Assembly (NCBI GenBank): GCA_013265495.1
Contig: MU063884.1
Span: forward strand, 222,024-286,023
DNA from: Vicugna vicugna
Taxonomy: Eukaryota
Reading direction: 5' to 3'
DNA: 64,000 nt
The translations under genes and the position numbers were made by a program. Positions 37,270 through 50,790 of the stretch are shown piece by piece (the first letter of the stretch is position 1; each line of letters opens with the position of its first letter). The notes under the pieces were generated by a model. It saw only the letters and a list, made by a program, of their open reading frames with translations, searched no databases and was not told the origin of the DNA.

Positions 37270-38458
37270 TTTGACATTCTAAGCTCAACAATACCCCAAA
37301 CCAAACTTATGGTCAGAACAAGCCTTGAAAAATATGGTATCACAGGTAGAATCCTTCACTATCACACACATTCTAACCATAACCAGGCTGGTCAACTGTG
37401 CCTCCTAAACACCTTTCAAATCCATACACTGTCGATAAACCCTGTCACGACAACTCTGGTTAAAACCGAGTCATGGCTATAGTTTTCTAGATGACTTAGC
37501 CTCCACTCATTACTGAGCAGTCAGAATGATCTTTCTGAATGGCAGTTCACTCACACACACACCCTGCAACCACACAACCCAAACTTCCTTCCATGGATTT
37601 TATTTTATTGTTTTTTTCTGGAATAAAGTTAGAAGTCTTCTGTATGACTTACCTGACCTTGCATGACATGTCCTCAATTCCTCTCTAGCCTCATTGTGCA
37701 GGACATGGTCCTTCATTCTGCTCAGCCATACCAGCCAACTTTCCCTTCCTTAAATGCGCCATTCTTCCTCCTGCTAAGTGTTAATCTGCACCTTGCTTCC
37801 TTTACCTGGAAACTTTTCTCTGAGCAGTCACCCAAACTTTTTAATTATTCATCAGATCAGACCTCATTTCTGTAGTAAACCTTTCCTTGACCTCTCCATC
37901 TTGGTTGGTGTCATCTCATGTCAGCAGACATACTCTGCAGTCGACTGAATGTGTGTGTCCCTCCAAAATTCATATGTTGAAATCCTAACCCACAATGTGA
38001 TGGTATTAGGAAATGGGACCCTTGGGAAATGATCCGGTCATGAGGGTGGAGCCCTTACAAATAGGATTAACTCCCTTATAAAAGTGACCCTAGAGAGCTC
38101 TTTAGCTCTTCTTTCCACATGTGAAGATGCAGTAAGAAGATGACCATCTGCGAACCAGGAAGCGGTCCCTCATTAGACACCAAATCTGCTGGCAGCTTGA
38201 TCTTGGACTTCTCAGCCTTTAGAACTGTGAGAAAGATACATTTGTTGTTTAAGCCACCCAATTTATGGAATTTTTGTTATAGTAGTAGGTCAAATGGACT
38301 AAGCCACCCTTCTTCATGATACTTACCATACATCCAGGAGACATCAATTTGTATGATTTATTGATTAATTTCCCACAAGTCCTAAACTTCTTAGGACCAG
38401 GAACTAGTAGCAGTCATAGCAGGTGCTCAGTAAATACACAGATTGAAATTAATGAAAT
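37270..38458 (+). mobile_element. L2 3' region interrupted by an MLT1A0 LTR
   Basis: 'gagcagtcagaatgatctttctgaatggcagttcactc...' and after the LTR 'gcaggtgctcagtaaatac...gaaattaatgaa' (L2 terminus). Confidence 0.65.
37936..38306 (+). mobile_element. MaLR solo LTR, MLT1A0-like
   Basis: 'tgcagtcgactgaatgtgtgtgtccctccaaaattcatatgttgaaatcctaacc...agacaccaaatctgctggcagcttgatcttggacttc...aatggactaagcca'. Confidence 0.9.
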
Positions 38459-38869
38459 ACTTCTAGCAGCTACGTAAATGCTTGACGTAAAACTGTGTAA
38501 CAACTGAAATTGAAATAATGTGAACTTTTAACAGTGTCTTAATATTTAAATGTACACACACAACATGAATATTAAGGTACAATATTAGAAACTCTGAGAA
38601 ATACAACAAATCGATCCTTGACCTCTGCTTTGTGCTTTCTATGAGAATTTATAGCCCAGGTACCTAGCTCAGTAGATCGGCAGAATTTGACACTTATTTA
38701 TTACATATGTAAATGCTTTATAATAAACATGTTATTTGCCTTAAGCATGACATACTAAACTAGGAAATTCAAACTCCAAGACTGAAGCATTAATCATACT
38801 AAGTTTGAAAGCACAAATCAAAAGTTATCACTAGAGAGAGACCTGAACTATCATCAGATAACTTGTACA

Positions 38870-39320
38870 TACAATAGGAACAGGAGAATTGAGAGGGAAT
38901 AAAGAGTATGAGAATATGAGAATGTGCTTTGCTGGAGAGAGGATTCCATATATGTTCTGAAACATCAAGCTGTTTGACTGGCCCTGAACTTTTAGTCAAG
39001 GTGGATGGTGTGTCAACAGAGAGTTTGACCAGAGCTAAGGTAAGGAGATGTTGGTTGACTCTGGAAGGTATCCTTTGACTTTGTCCTGAAGGCAGTGAGA
39101 GTTTTTCAGAGATTTTCGGTTTGGATAGTACAAATTAGATAAGAAAGAGATTGTCATTAGACTATTTCAGTAATTCAATATGAAGAGAAGGTGGTTATAG
39201 TATATCATTGGCAATGAAGAAGAGGGCATAACTGGGATTATATTAGAACAACTGGAAAAGGAGACTGACATCCACTCAACCCTTAACAAACAAGATGACT
39301 CCAGAATTTTATGTTTTCTA
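38870..39320 (-). mobile_element. L2 fragment
   Basis: 'gactttgtcctgaaggcagtgagag...attagactatttcagtaattcaatatgaagagaaggtgg...ggcaatgaagaagaggg'. Confidence 0.55.
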
Positions 39321-39431
39321 TTATTTTTCCAAATAAATGTGAAAGAAAGATAAATTCGGTGACAGACTTACTATAAAATGACAAGGCATGCAAGTAGAAC
39401 TGGTCAGCAAGTAACTGAAAAAAATGAATCC

Positions 39432-39458
39432 AAAATAGTCACTCGGAGTGACTATTTT
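39432..39458. repeat. Perfect 27-bp palindrome (13-bp arms, 1-nt spacer)
   Basis: aaaatagtcactc-g-gagtgactatttt; arms are exact reverse complements. Confidence 0.95.
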
Positions 39459-40433
39459 TCAACACAATCTGAATCCAGACGTTCTCGAACTTTAGAACTG
39501 TCAAAGAGAGACCACCACCAGCCAGTACATATTCAAGCCACTGGTATTTTCTCATATGTTACACAAACATTGTTCAAATACAAATGCACATCTCTGATCT
39601 CCTCTCTCTCCTGAACTATTGGAATCCAAGCTGCTACTGCAAAAAAACAAAAAACAAAAACAAAACCCCCCAAAACTTAGAACTTTGAAAGAGTCTACAG
39701 GTTCAGAGGAAGAGAAAAGAAGGAAGCAGAAATCAGGAACAGTTCAGAAAAGGACCTGCTGTCAAAGTACAGCAGCCTCAGAATGATCTCCTTCACCCCA
39801 GAAGCCATTTCACGCCATTATGCTGCATTGTTAGAAACTCTATCATTTGCAGTTTCACTTAGATTAATCCTTTTACATTGAATTGTGTTCAGGGGATTAT
39901 CACTCAGCCATCATCTGTAATAGTTGTATTAATCGGACTGCTTTTTTTTTTTTTAATGTTTTAAGTACTTTGAAGAAGGATTAAGCTCCGTTGAACATAA
40001 GAGGCAAGATTTTCTTCTAGGATAGAATATTCTGGTGCCTGGGCAGGCCGGGGTCATGGAAGGGGCATAGGGAGTGTGACACTGTGGGAGAGGTGCACAA
40101 AAGAAAGGGGAAGGAATAAAATACAGTTCTTTTGCCTTGATAGTTTCAGTCTTTGGGGACTCCAATGATTATTTATCTTTGTGAGTATTTGAAACATTTT
40201 CTGGATTATCCATTTGATCATTAGTTATGTAAAACCTAGTAGTTTCTTTTTACTTGCTCTGTAAAATATTTGAAAACACTAAATATTATTATAATTCTAC
40301 ATAATTTCTAATGCAATTTGATGACTTGATGGGATAAGGTTATATAAATTTTCCTGCTTTAAAATTTTTTCTCTTGTAGTAAGTTTAACAGTTGAAATGA
40401 TATCAAAAGTAAACATTTACGTGGGAGTGATAT

Positions 40434-40524
40434 ATATATATATATTTTAATGGAGGTACTGGGTATTGAACCCAGGACCTTATGTATGCAAAGTACACGC
40501 TCTACCATTAAGCTATACCCACCC
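40434..40524 (-). mobile_element. tRNA-Ala-derived camelid SINE (vic-1-like), short form with (TA)n tail
   Basis: minus read 'gggtgggtatagcttaatggtagagcgtgtactttgcatacataaggtcctgggttcaatacccagtacctccattaaaa'; TSD gggagtgatat 40423-40433 / 40530-40540. Confidence 0.9.
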
Positions 40525-40868
40525 ACTTGGGGAGTGATATTATTGCTACTCTTTTTGCATTGAAACATACGGAAATATATGATACTTTTGTGGCCTCTAG
40601 AAAGTGAGGATAAAGAGTGGGTCAATTCTGGGCTTCCTTTCTTCTCCTTAAGTGTATAATATGATTCTGAAGCTATGATAGCCCTTCGGTATATATTAAC
40701 TTAATGTATTTTGCCTCTGGCCCTAATTAACATATTTTAATACATTTATAATCTCTTTGGGAATACAGAAATATCTTTTAAGTATTAGGGCTCTACTATA
40801 TTTACTTTCTTGTATTCAAGTTTCAAAACAGTATGCAATGGAGGTTTGTATCTTGGCAATTTTTACAC

Positions 40869-41344
40869 TGTGGTAGGCAGAAAGCTGTCTACCTCCTAAC
40901 TCCTAACACCTATAAATATGTTATTTTACAAGGAAAATAGGAATTAAGGTTGCAGAAGGAATTAAGGGTGATATTCAGCTGACCTTAAAATAAGGAGATT
41001 ATCTTGGTTTATCTAGATGAGTCCAGTATCTTTGGACCAAGTCGTAAGGATCTTTAAAACAGAGGAAAGCAGAAGAGGGAATGTCACTGTGATGTGATGT
41101 GAGAAAGACTCAAACAGCCATTGCTGGATTTGAAGATGAAATATGGGCACATGAGTAGCCTCTAAAAGATGGAAAAGGTAAGAAAATAAATCCTTCACAA
41201 AGGAACACAGCCCTAATGATATGCTGATTTTAGCCCAAGGAGAGCCATGTTGGACTTACAGAACTATAATAAATTTGTGTTGTTTTAATTAAGCCACTAA
41301 GGTTTTGATAATCTATCACAAAAATAATTAAAAAACTAGTATAT
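40869..41344 (+). mobile_element. MaLR solo LTR, MLT1D-like
   Basis: 'tgtggtaggcagaa...ggaattaaggttgcagaaggaattaagg...cagctgaccttaaaataaggagattatc...cagccattgctggatttgaagatg...aaaactagtata'. Confidence 0.85.
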
Positions 41345-42632
41345 GACCATCTCTATGGAGAATAAAAAGGAATCCAGTATCTTCCGCCTGCCAGCCACAG
41401 TAAGTTCCTGGATGTCCTTCCTAGCTGTCTCCTTGGTTAAACCAACTCGGTTGATTCTAGTAGAAATTGCTCGGTTTACCTGCTAATATCAGCTATGCCA
41501 AGTCCTAATGAGCATATTGTTACAGTCTGTCCTTGGACAGAGCCTGAAAATCTCTGTAACTCTGTTTTAAAGAAAGGAAAAATATATGTTGGTGCTTTCT
41601 CCAAAGTAGGAAATGTTAATCTTTCCTTTCTTATCAGTGCTTTTCTTTTGGATGGTTTTCAAAAGAACTAAATGTACAGCACACTCAAGGTTCAGGCCTC
41701 AGCCTTGGGGGCTGCTGTTCCCTCATCAAAACGCTCATCCATCTATTGACAGATTTACTGGGGCTATCTAAAAATTAAGCCTCCTAGATTTCCTGTCTCC
41801 AAATAGAATTTGAATCTGATCCTGCAGGCGCTCACCTGACCTCCCCTTGAACCTTGATCTGGGGCTTCTGATCCTCTCTGCATTTGACTCCCTCAGGATG
41901 CATACTAATGACTGTAGCTTTTACTTCTCACGTGCACATTTAGATAGCTCTCTGCTTGATTTGTCTTTGGTCCTTATGATCCACTGCAATGCTTGTCTAT
42001 GCTTTTCTTAGTTTAATGTTAAATCATCTTTTACCCAGTCTCTCCTGGAAGACATTTTATAGGACTAACTCCCAGATCTCCTATCCCATGAAGTTCAACT
42101 CTATTTTCCAGAATTATAAAAGGGTTAGTGAAGATTTAAGTTTTCAATTACCATTCAGAATATTTATGAACGTATCCACTTTCAATAACCAAACTCCTAG
42201 GAGTACAGTGGGAATCCAATTGATATCCATTTTCGGGACCCATTAAAAATTAGCATATTATTATGAGAAGTGAATTTAAAAGTTCCACTGTAGAGCTTGG
42301 TGTCAGATTTCCTACAATAAACTGCTGACATCCCTTCTCTAAAAGCGCCTTTACCTGTGTTATTTAGGACACTGTAATTCAGTGTGAACTACTGAATTTC
42401 TACAGAAGAGAACACATATTATTCCCAGAATATATTTCTGTAATAAAAGAAATCCAGGAGATTTATCCCTGTCAGTCCTTACAAGTATGTTGTCAGATAA
42501 GTAAATGATGCATGATGTCTGGAGCTGCTGCAATCATCTGTGTCCATGAAGGAAAGTCATGAGACCAAAGAAGCAGATCCTCAGCTCATGATTTCTTCTC
42601 TCTCAATACCACTCCTTTAATCAGTCTGTAAG

Positions 42633-42977
42633 TGCTATAGGTCGAGCTTTCGTGTCCTCCCACAGAGTGCATATGTTGAAATCATAATTCCCTAAAGTGA
42701 TAATATTAGGATATGGGACCTTTAGGAGATGACTAATTTGTGAGGATGGAGCATCGACGAATGGGATTAAAGTCCTTATAAAAGAGACTCTAGACAATCA
42801 GAGAGAGAAGACGGCTCTGTCTATGAACCAGAAAGTGAACTCTCACCAGACACCAAATCAGACAGAGCCTTGATCTTGGACCTCCCAGACTCCAGGGCTG
42901 TAAGAAATAAACTTCTGTTGTATATAAGCCACCCTGCCTATGGTATTCTGTTACAGCAGTTTGAATGGTCTAAAACA
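42633..42977 (+). mobile_element. MaLR solo LTR, MLT1A0-like
   Basis: 'tgctataggtcgagc...catatgttgaaatc...ctctcaccagacaccaaatc...ccttgatcttggacctcccagactccag...gaatggtctaaaaca'. Confidence 0.85.
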
Positions 42978-42984
42978 GAGGGTT

Positions 42985-43280
42985 TTTTCCATAGTATTTT
43001 TTTTTGTCTATGCATGTACATGTTTACTATATATGTACAGATACTTTATAATATGGTGGGATTAAATAATACCTGTCATTCCCTGGTCGTATATCTTGCT
43101 TGTTTTTTAACAGTATATCCTGGAGATCTATCCATCAGTACACACATACCCCCATATATACTTTTTAAACTGCTACATAATATTTCCAAATAACTTTATA
43201 TAAGTGTATATAAGCAACAAAATAATGTTTTGTGTAGGCGAGTCCTTTTTCTATCAGGATTGTTCTTAAATGTTCTTCAC
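42985..43280 (-). mobile_element. Old L1 (L1ME-type) 3' fragment
   Basis: 'gcttgttttttaacagtatatcctggagatctatccatcagtacac...tttttaaactgctacataatatttcc'. Confidence 0.55.
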
Positions 43281-46200
43281 ATTGCAGATGTATATCCCAG
43301 AGAGCTTTCCAAATTGATACGTCTATATATACACATACAAAAACACACCCATGCATACATACTCATGCACAAACATGCATAAACAGATGTGTATCATAAA
43401 CTAGTCTGTTCCAAGTCCTATTTGTCTGTGTGTCTAGTCCAATGTCAGTGTCATGCACTGTAGCTTTATGAAATGTTTCTGAGAGACTAAGTTCCACGAA
43501 TATGATCACCAAAAACGTGAAGAGAACTCAGAGGTTACACACATTACATAATTTTAGGCAACATTCTTACATCCATGTCTGATAGCCTTTGGACTTTGGA
43601 TGTCTAAAGATTCTGTGTCTCAAAGAGTTCATACCAATTTAACATATTTGCCCAATTCATGAGAGAAGCAGCACAGTAACCAAGAGTGTCCGGTTCATTT
43701 TCCCAGCAATTCTCTTACTTTGAAGATTTAAGGCAAATGAAAACATGCTTCACTAACACATTGGAAGGAGGTTTAGAAAGAATAATATTTCATCTGATAG
43801 TGCTAAAAAATACTGAGAGATTTTGTCTACATGAGAAAAGTAGGGCACATTATGGTTGATAGTGTCACAAACATGCGTGACCCAAATCAAGTTGTGTCAG
43901 CAGTGCTCGACTTAAGTGGCTGCCCTCATGCGTCTGAAATATTCACTGTTGGTCAGTTGCAAGCCCAAATGTGTATTACTAACCTTGGTGCATCAGTGAC
44001 AGCAACACTATACGCTGTGCTAACAAATGTTTACCTGACAGCTTCTAGGATCTGCTTCTTCAAACTGCTAACATTCCAAATGACTGTATCCCCTCTTCCC
44101 AGCCACTGGGTTAAAAATTGTTTCATTGTTCTAGAAACCGTTGTCCCAGTGTTTAAAAAAAAAAACAACTCTCATCTCTTAAATGTGTAAAACTTAATAA
44201 TGTTTCATTTTTGAGTTGTACGTAAATGCCATGTTAGGATTTATTTTTTGTAATCTTTTTAATCAGAAACAAGGGAATTAGCCAGCTGTTTGGAACTCAT
44301 GTTAGGATGTAATTAAACATCTGATTGAATTTCTGTGCATATCAAATAGCAGAGGCTAGTGTTTGTATACAAGACAGACCATGCTCATTAGAATTTAAAA
44401 AAGCCCTACCAGATGACAATGGTGGAGTGGTAGCGAGAGTTTTCCTCCAATATTCTGTCAGTGATAGTGTTTCTCAAAAAAAAAACCTCATATCTTAGCA
44501 GAGTTTAGCATAATATGTAAAACATGGCAGCCAAATAGTTTATCAACTGAAACATCTTTACAGCTGACTACCAATATACTTTCTATCATGCAACCTTTTC
44601 AAAGGAATATTGCAAGTATTTCAAGTTTTACAAAACAGAAATATCAAGATATTTTGTTATGGAAACATTCCTCAGTGCCTCTTTTATTTTAGAATAGATA
44701 AATAGAAACATGCAGAAAAATTGAAAAGAACTTTAAGTTATCATTTATACTAGTTATCTAGGAAAGATATGTGGTAAGTTGTCTTTTTAAAATTTACGAA
44801 GAATAGGCTGTCTCCAGATTAATTATCAAATAATTTAATATATGTTTAGGTCTTTTACTAAAGAACCATGATGCAATATTCCTTGCATTTTAAAGCCTAT
44901 GTTTTTATAGATGAACATGAAAAAATAAAAGTAAAATATGCATTTAATTTTTTACAGTACTAAGACTGTTTAATTGATATCATTCTTGGACAAGCCAGTG
45001 CTGTTTAACTATTTGAAGTTTGGAAAAAAATAAAAATGCTACATCTTTCAGCTTTATATAAAGATTTGCATAGTACATCAAACTATTAATCTTTTTAGTA
45101 TAATATCACATACAGGACAGTTTTTCATGGTTTAGAAGGAGGTAAAATCCTACATAACACATATGCCCAATCGTGCAGTGAAATTTTATTTCCTGGACTT
45201 CTTTGGAGTAAAAAGTGTCTATTCATCATTATGTTTGATTTTACGACGTGGGCTTTTGCCCAGAGGAATTCTGCAAAGACATGAAGATTAATTTTACATG
45301 TGGCATCAATGTGGACTTAAACCTAGGCTTTGAAACTTGTAATAATTCTTTCACTAATACGATTATTATTCATAATTCCTTAGAGGTTACTGTAATTCTA
45401 GTACATGAGCCAACATTGTTTGATAAGTTGGAGTAATGACATATCTCAGGGCATTGAAATTTGACAGATTTTACCAAAGAGTTTCAGTCTACTCTTACAA
45501 CAGATGATGAATTTATAACACAATAATTCAAAAAGTTTCTATCTTACACTTTTATTGAAAAACAAAATGGAAAAGACACTTCAACAGTATTTGGCAATAT
45601 TTTCATAGAATATGATTTAGCTTATAAGTCCAGAATTTAGAGACTTATATATGCCATTGCCTATAAATTCAAAAAGTTGTCCAAATAATGCAATACAAGT
45701 TGATTTGATAAAATATACATTAAATGAAATTATTTTATTTCTACAAGTTACATTTAAACCGTCCTCAAGGTGAAGATTTCACAGGGTCTTTTGTATCCTC
45801 AGATCTCTCTGTGTAATTGTATCCAATTTCTTAGTTTCAGTATCAGCTCTAGGCCCAATAAGTAGCATAAGTTCGTGTTAGCATGGCTTTTAGAATATCG
45901 CATAAGATCATTACTCCATTTCTTCCAGTTCTTCAGCAATAAGATCAGGTAAGTTTCTGGACCCAACTAGTTTGTCTTGGTCTTGGACCAGGCTGGCAGG
46001 GGAGGCTGAGGTCAACAATGTGAATTTCACTCCTGATGGACTGCACTCTAGTGAATACTGTGGTCATGTTGCATTTTAGATTCCAGCAACACTGATGTGC
46101 TGCACCTGATCCAGGTTACCAGGGCCCCAGCACACATCTGCCTACACATCTCATTCAGGAATATCATCTGCAACAATGTGCTGATGTGACCATTCCTTGC

Positions 46201-46479
46201 ATGCACTTCTGCACCTTTTTTTAATCTGTAAATGCCTAATGAGGTATTCTTATCTGGTTCGTCTCAGTCTGAGTCTACTACTTGACATGTGTCCCTGGAG
46301 TAACTGAGCCCCCCCGAACATGGATGACACCCAAATCTAGTTTCCTGATGCCCTGAGTGTGAGTAGGAGAGTGTATGTGTGAATACGCACTTAATATTAA
46401 ATTTTCAAAAAGTCTACAGGGCCATGTAATAAGCTCTCAGGCAACCATCCCCCAACATCAACAATTACCAATTCATACT

Positions 46480-46870
46480 CCCACCTACCACTCCATCTCC
46501 CAGCAAGAGACACTCATGCTCCAGTCATAACAATCCATTCTCTGATAAACATATGCATTTCAGCCTTTTCTTGTACTAATTTCTGTCTGCAGTGCACTTA
46601 ATGTCCCAGATCTTTATTTCCAGCTCAGCAAACTCCTTCACTGTCTAATTTCACTTTTATCTTCTCTGGTAAGTGTGACCTGGAAACCAAATTTCTTCTT
46701 TAACATGTCCCCACAGCACTTTGAAGTTCCCCATCAACTTTTAAGTCCCACTTTTCGTGGGCAACTCTATACTCTTGTTAGGTAGTGCTTATTTAAGACC
46801 ATGGAAATTACCTTTTCGATGTCTTTACTCTCTATATATAACTCTTAGGATTCAAAAGTGTTTGAATGAA
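46480..46870 (+). mobile_element. L2 3' region, highly diverged
   Basis: 'catgctccagtcataac...ccagctcagcaaactccttc...cacagcactttg...aaaagtgtttgaatgaata'. Confidence 0.45.
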
Positions 46871-48439
46871 TACTATTCCAAATCCTTAATAATATAGTAT
46901 TTATTACATTTTGCATAATAATGTATATGAACTTTTCTACTGCATTTCTCTTTTAGATGTGATGGATAAAATATACTTTTATTTGAGAAAATTTCTGGTG
47001 AGCAATTTTTCATCTTAATGTCCTTTGTTAAAACAAAATTCTGAAACTGTCAACTTGGTTAAAAAAATACATAGATAATCATATACATATTTGTCTCACT
47101 TTAATTAAAAAGTTTACTTTGAAGCTGTACTAAGTCTAAATATTGCATCAGCAATACTAGTCACAAACTTCGATGACTTTAATCCATGCACATTCACCCA
47201 CATTTCACCGCCTGGTTCATAGGGTTATTGAACTGCTCATTGTAATTTAAGTGAAGTGACAGGTCAGTTCAAGCAACTGATCTGACCTTCTTTCTGGTGC
47301 TTGATTTTGATTGAAATTGCCCACAACAATGTTTCAACATGGTATGGACATGCCTCCCCTCTTCCCCAGTGGTGTCTCTGACACAGAGTAAGGAAGACAT
47401 TCAGAGAGTTTTGGGGGGAGCATCTGTAAGAATCAGGGTATTGTGATTATTTCACAGTTTCAAAAGGGATACAGTATTCATTTGAGGAAGGTGAAATAGT
47501 TGAAGTCATATACATGCTTGAAAATATGCTTTCCTTCATAATGTATCTTATCAAACTTTGAAAGGTAAGATTAAAAACCCACAAGATACTTTGCTAAAAT
47601 CCATCCACTTTCTTTTGTCTCCTGAAAAGTTTAGCTGTGCTTTCTCTAGAGGAAATGTAGCTTTACATATGACTTCTGTAAATACCTATAAGATATACAT
47701 GATACATTAATTTAAATATGACCTCACAATACCTATGAATTCTCTAATTAAAAATAACTTAACCAAAAGAATGATGATTTTTAGTGGTTGGCTTCCTAAA
47801 TGACATTTTACTCTAATAGAATTACTAAGCACATTAATCAGCCAGGTCAGCGACTCTGATTTTATAGGGTTTGCTCTTCAGTTAAATTAGATCATCCACT
47901 GGTGAGGAATAATATTTTTCCACAGCCATTGGGCTAAACCTGGAAATACAATGATCTTTCTTCTCTAAAGGACTGTCAGTAGCAATTAAAAGGAGTTATT
48001 ATTAAAGTGTCTAAAAATCACAGACTCTAATTTTCTGCTTCAGTGTATGAATCTGTACTATTATATTTGCTCACAAATTTACATAATTTAGAAGTTTAAG
48101 ATAGTCCCAAACTTAAAAGTATTTATTCTCTCTCATAGCACGTGTATGCACTGTCACAAATTTCTAATTTGCTTTCCCAGGTTATAAAACTGTGCCAAGA
48201 AAAGGTCTCACTGTAACTTCCTGAATAAAACTACTCATCAGAAATGCATTAGAAAAACACTGACTTTTTTTTAACTTAATGTTAGCTAATTAGGGTCAAC
48301 AGAAATTCTTCCAAGCCTCACTCATATCAATACACAGTATACATTTAGGGGTTTGTAATGGGTCCACATTTTAGAAATAAATAACATTACTAGTAATAAT
48401 GCATGATTTTGATTATAAAATTAAAATGTCTGCTTCTCA

Positions 48440-48615
48440 GTTAAGTGAAATGTCTCGTGTAATCCTCACAAAACCTCTATTATTTGCATTTAATGGAAGA
48501 GGTAACTGAGAGTTTAAAGCATCTGAGTTCCCCATCACTCAGCTAGTAAACCGATGAGCCAAGATTCAGACACTGATCTAATTTTATAGCTTACTTCCTC
48601 CCCACGGCTTCACTG
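48440..48615 (-). mobile_element. MIR
   Basis: 'gtgtaatcctcacaaaacctct...gaagaggtaactgagagtttaaag...cagctagtaaaccgatgagccaagattcagacac'. Confidence 0.6.
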
Positions 48616-50599
48616 CTTTGCTTTTCAGTTGTCAGGAAGGTGCAGAGATGGCATTTTAGATAGTTTTACCTGCCAAATCATCAGCCTATATTTAAAAAAA
48701 AAATCAATATGCACTAACTAAAAAGATTTATTCAAATATAATGAACTTTCACAGGAATACGTCACATTATAGAATGTGATAATTCATAACTGTACCTGAG
48801 AATGATGTAAAAATCAAATTTAAAAGTCTTTGATATTTATTTGATTAAAATACCAACCTGTGTGTGTATTTATTTTACACAATGAACTGCATAACGTGTC
48901 TGACTTGCTTAGAAAGCATTTTTCATCACACAGGCAGGTGGGAGAGAAGCTATTCATTACCTATCATCTTCCCAAGTAATTATAAACTAGAGAGCATGCT
49001 TGGAATCACTCTGGGGAATATTTTTCTGGGGGAAAACCAGGTGTATGTATATGTAACAGCTAAGCAATCCTAAAGGATGAGATTCCCCAGATTTACTTTT
49101 TCAAGGGTTTAAGTTTAGTCTTCGGAACTGTCATTTCTCTTGTTCTGCGTAAAATATGGCACTAAACCAGGCATACTGTTCCTTTCAAGTTGATTTGTGT
49201 TCCCTGACACAGGGGCATCAAATTACCATGGGGTACCCCCTGCCCTTGAGTGCCTGGGAGAATAAAATGGGTGAAGAGAAAGCGCATCACTGGCGAACCC
49301 AACTGAAAGAAAGCGTGAAGCAAAATCATTGATTTGACCTGTTAAATGGATTATTCAAGCTGCATATAAAATTTTCTCATACTTTAAAGTTGTCACTAAA
49401 TTGATTTATGATTAATGCTGGGTGAATAGTTCAGAATAATAAATCTGGACTTAATCCATACAAAAGCATATATATATATTTTGTCTGCCAACAGAAGCAA
49501 GCCCTTTTTATTAGCTGTGTTCAGCTCTGACTCACGAAATCCTTCACTCAGCAACTCATGATTCAAAGAGAGAACTCATCTAGTTTTTATTCTATTTCTC
49601 CGCAGTCCCCAGAGGTTTTCTAAATGCATTTGTGGAAATAGACTCTAAGATTCAAGGCAGTCATGTGTATGTAAACGTAGTGGTGAATTTTAGTTTCCCC
49701 ACCTATTCCTTCCGTATATTTGTTGTCTTTCTTTTAAGCTTGATGGAAGCAGGAATAAGCAAAAATGTATAGATTAAAAGAAACAAATGATCCTATAAAG
49801 CATAGGAATTTCACATTTTAAAGGGAGACCCTGTGGCACACACTGCGTTGAAGAATATTTAACTTAGCACAATATAATATTCAGTCAGGTTTTCATAAGG
49901 CTGACCCACTTGAAGACTGAAGAATATAAGCAATATTATAATTCAAAAATGAATTAAAATTTTTTCACATTTAATATAAAACTTTTTTTTATTTACCTAG
50001 TTCACAGCTACTTGGAAGAAGCATCAAATTGCTCTTAGCATATTCTCTTTCAGAGCCCTTTATCTAAATGAATCAGTTTTTTTTCTAGGAGGAATATTTT
50101 ATGTCTCATGTTGTGGTTTTAATCTATAACTTATTTTTCGTTTTTATGTTTTTAGTTGATTAGATTATTTTAGTCTTCATGAAATTTTAGTATTTACATT
50201 AACAATTTAAATACTCTAATCTATAGTTACCGTTACTGAAATTTAGATTGTTTTTAACCTACCCATATAGATAAATTTATCTTCAAAATTATTTGAAACT
50301 AACCAATTAGATAAATTGTTTTATATAAAGTATTCCACTTTTAAATGACATTGTAGATATTAATACAGGTGCAGAGATGGGCATATTCACAAAACCTTAG
50401 TGCCTGTTGTGGGAAACTTCTGAAATACTATATATTACTTACGTTGGGCAGAAATTATAGGCTGTATATTTTTTAAACTTTTTGTATATATTTTTCCTTT
50501 CCAAGTTGCAAAAATAATAACCTAAAGATATACATATATTGAATACTGCAAATTGCATTTTCTTGGTCAAAAAACTTGCATCTTACTATGTTAGGGTGC

Positions 50600-50790
50600 A
50601 GAATAAAGAGTAAGGCAAGAATTATGAACTAATTGCTTAGCCTTGGACTTCACATTGTTAATTAGGTGACCTTCAAATTTCTTTTTATCTCTAAAATGAC
50701 ATAATATCTGTCCAATTTACCTAATAGAATTTTTCTGAAACTCAAAGGAAATGGTATAATATACATCAATGCATTTTCTAATCTCTAAAA
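50600..50790 (+). mobile_element. MIR
   Basis: 'gccttggacttcacattgttaattaggtgacctt...tttatctctaaaatgacataatatc...tacctaatagaatttttctgaaactcaaa'. Confidence 0.45.

Noticed and set aside
43831-44190. 119-aa ATG-initiated ORF in apparently unique sequence
   Set aside because: No homologue recognised and no Kozak or splice support. A rough estimate gives a few stop-free runs of this length by chance across six frames of 64 kb.
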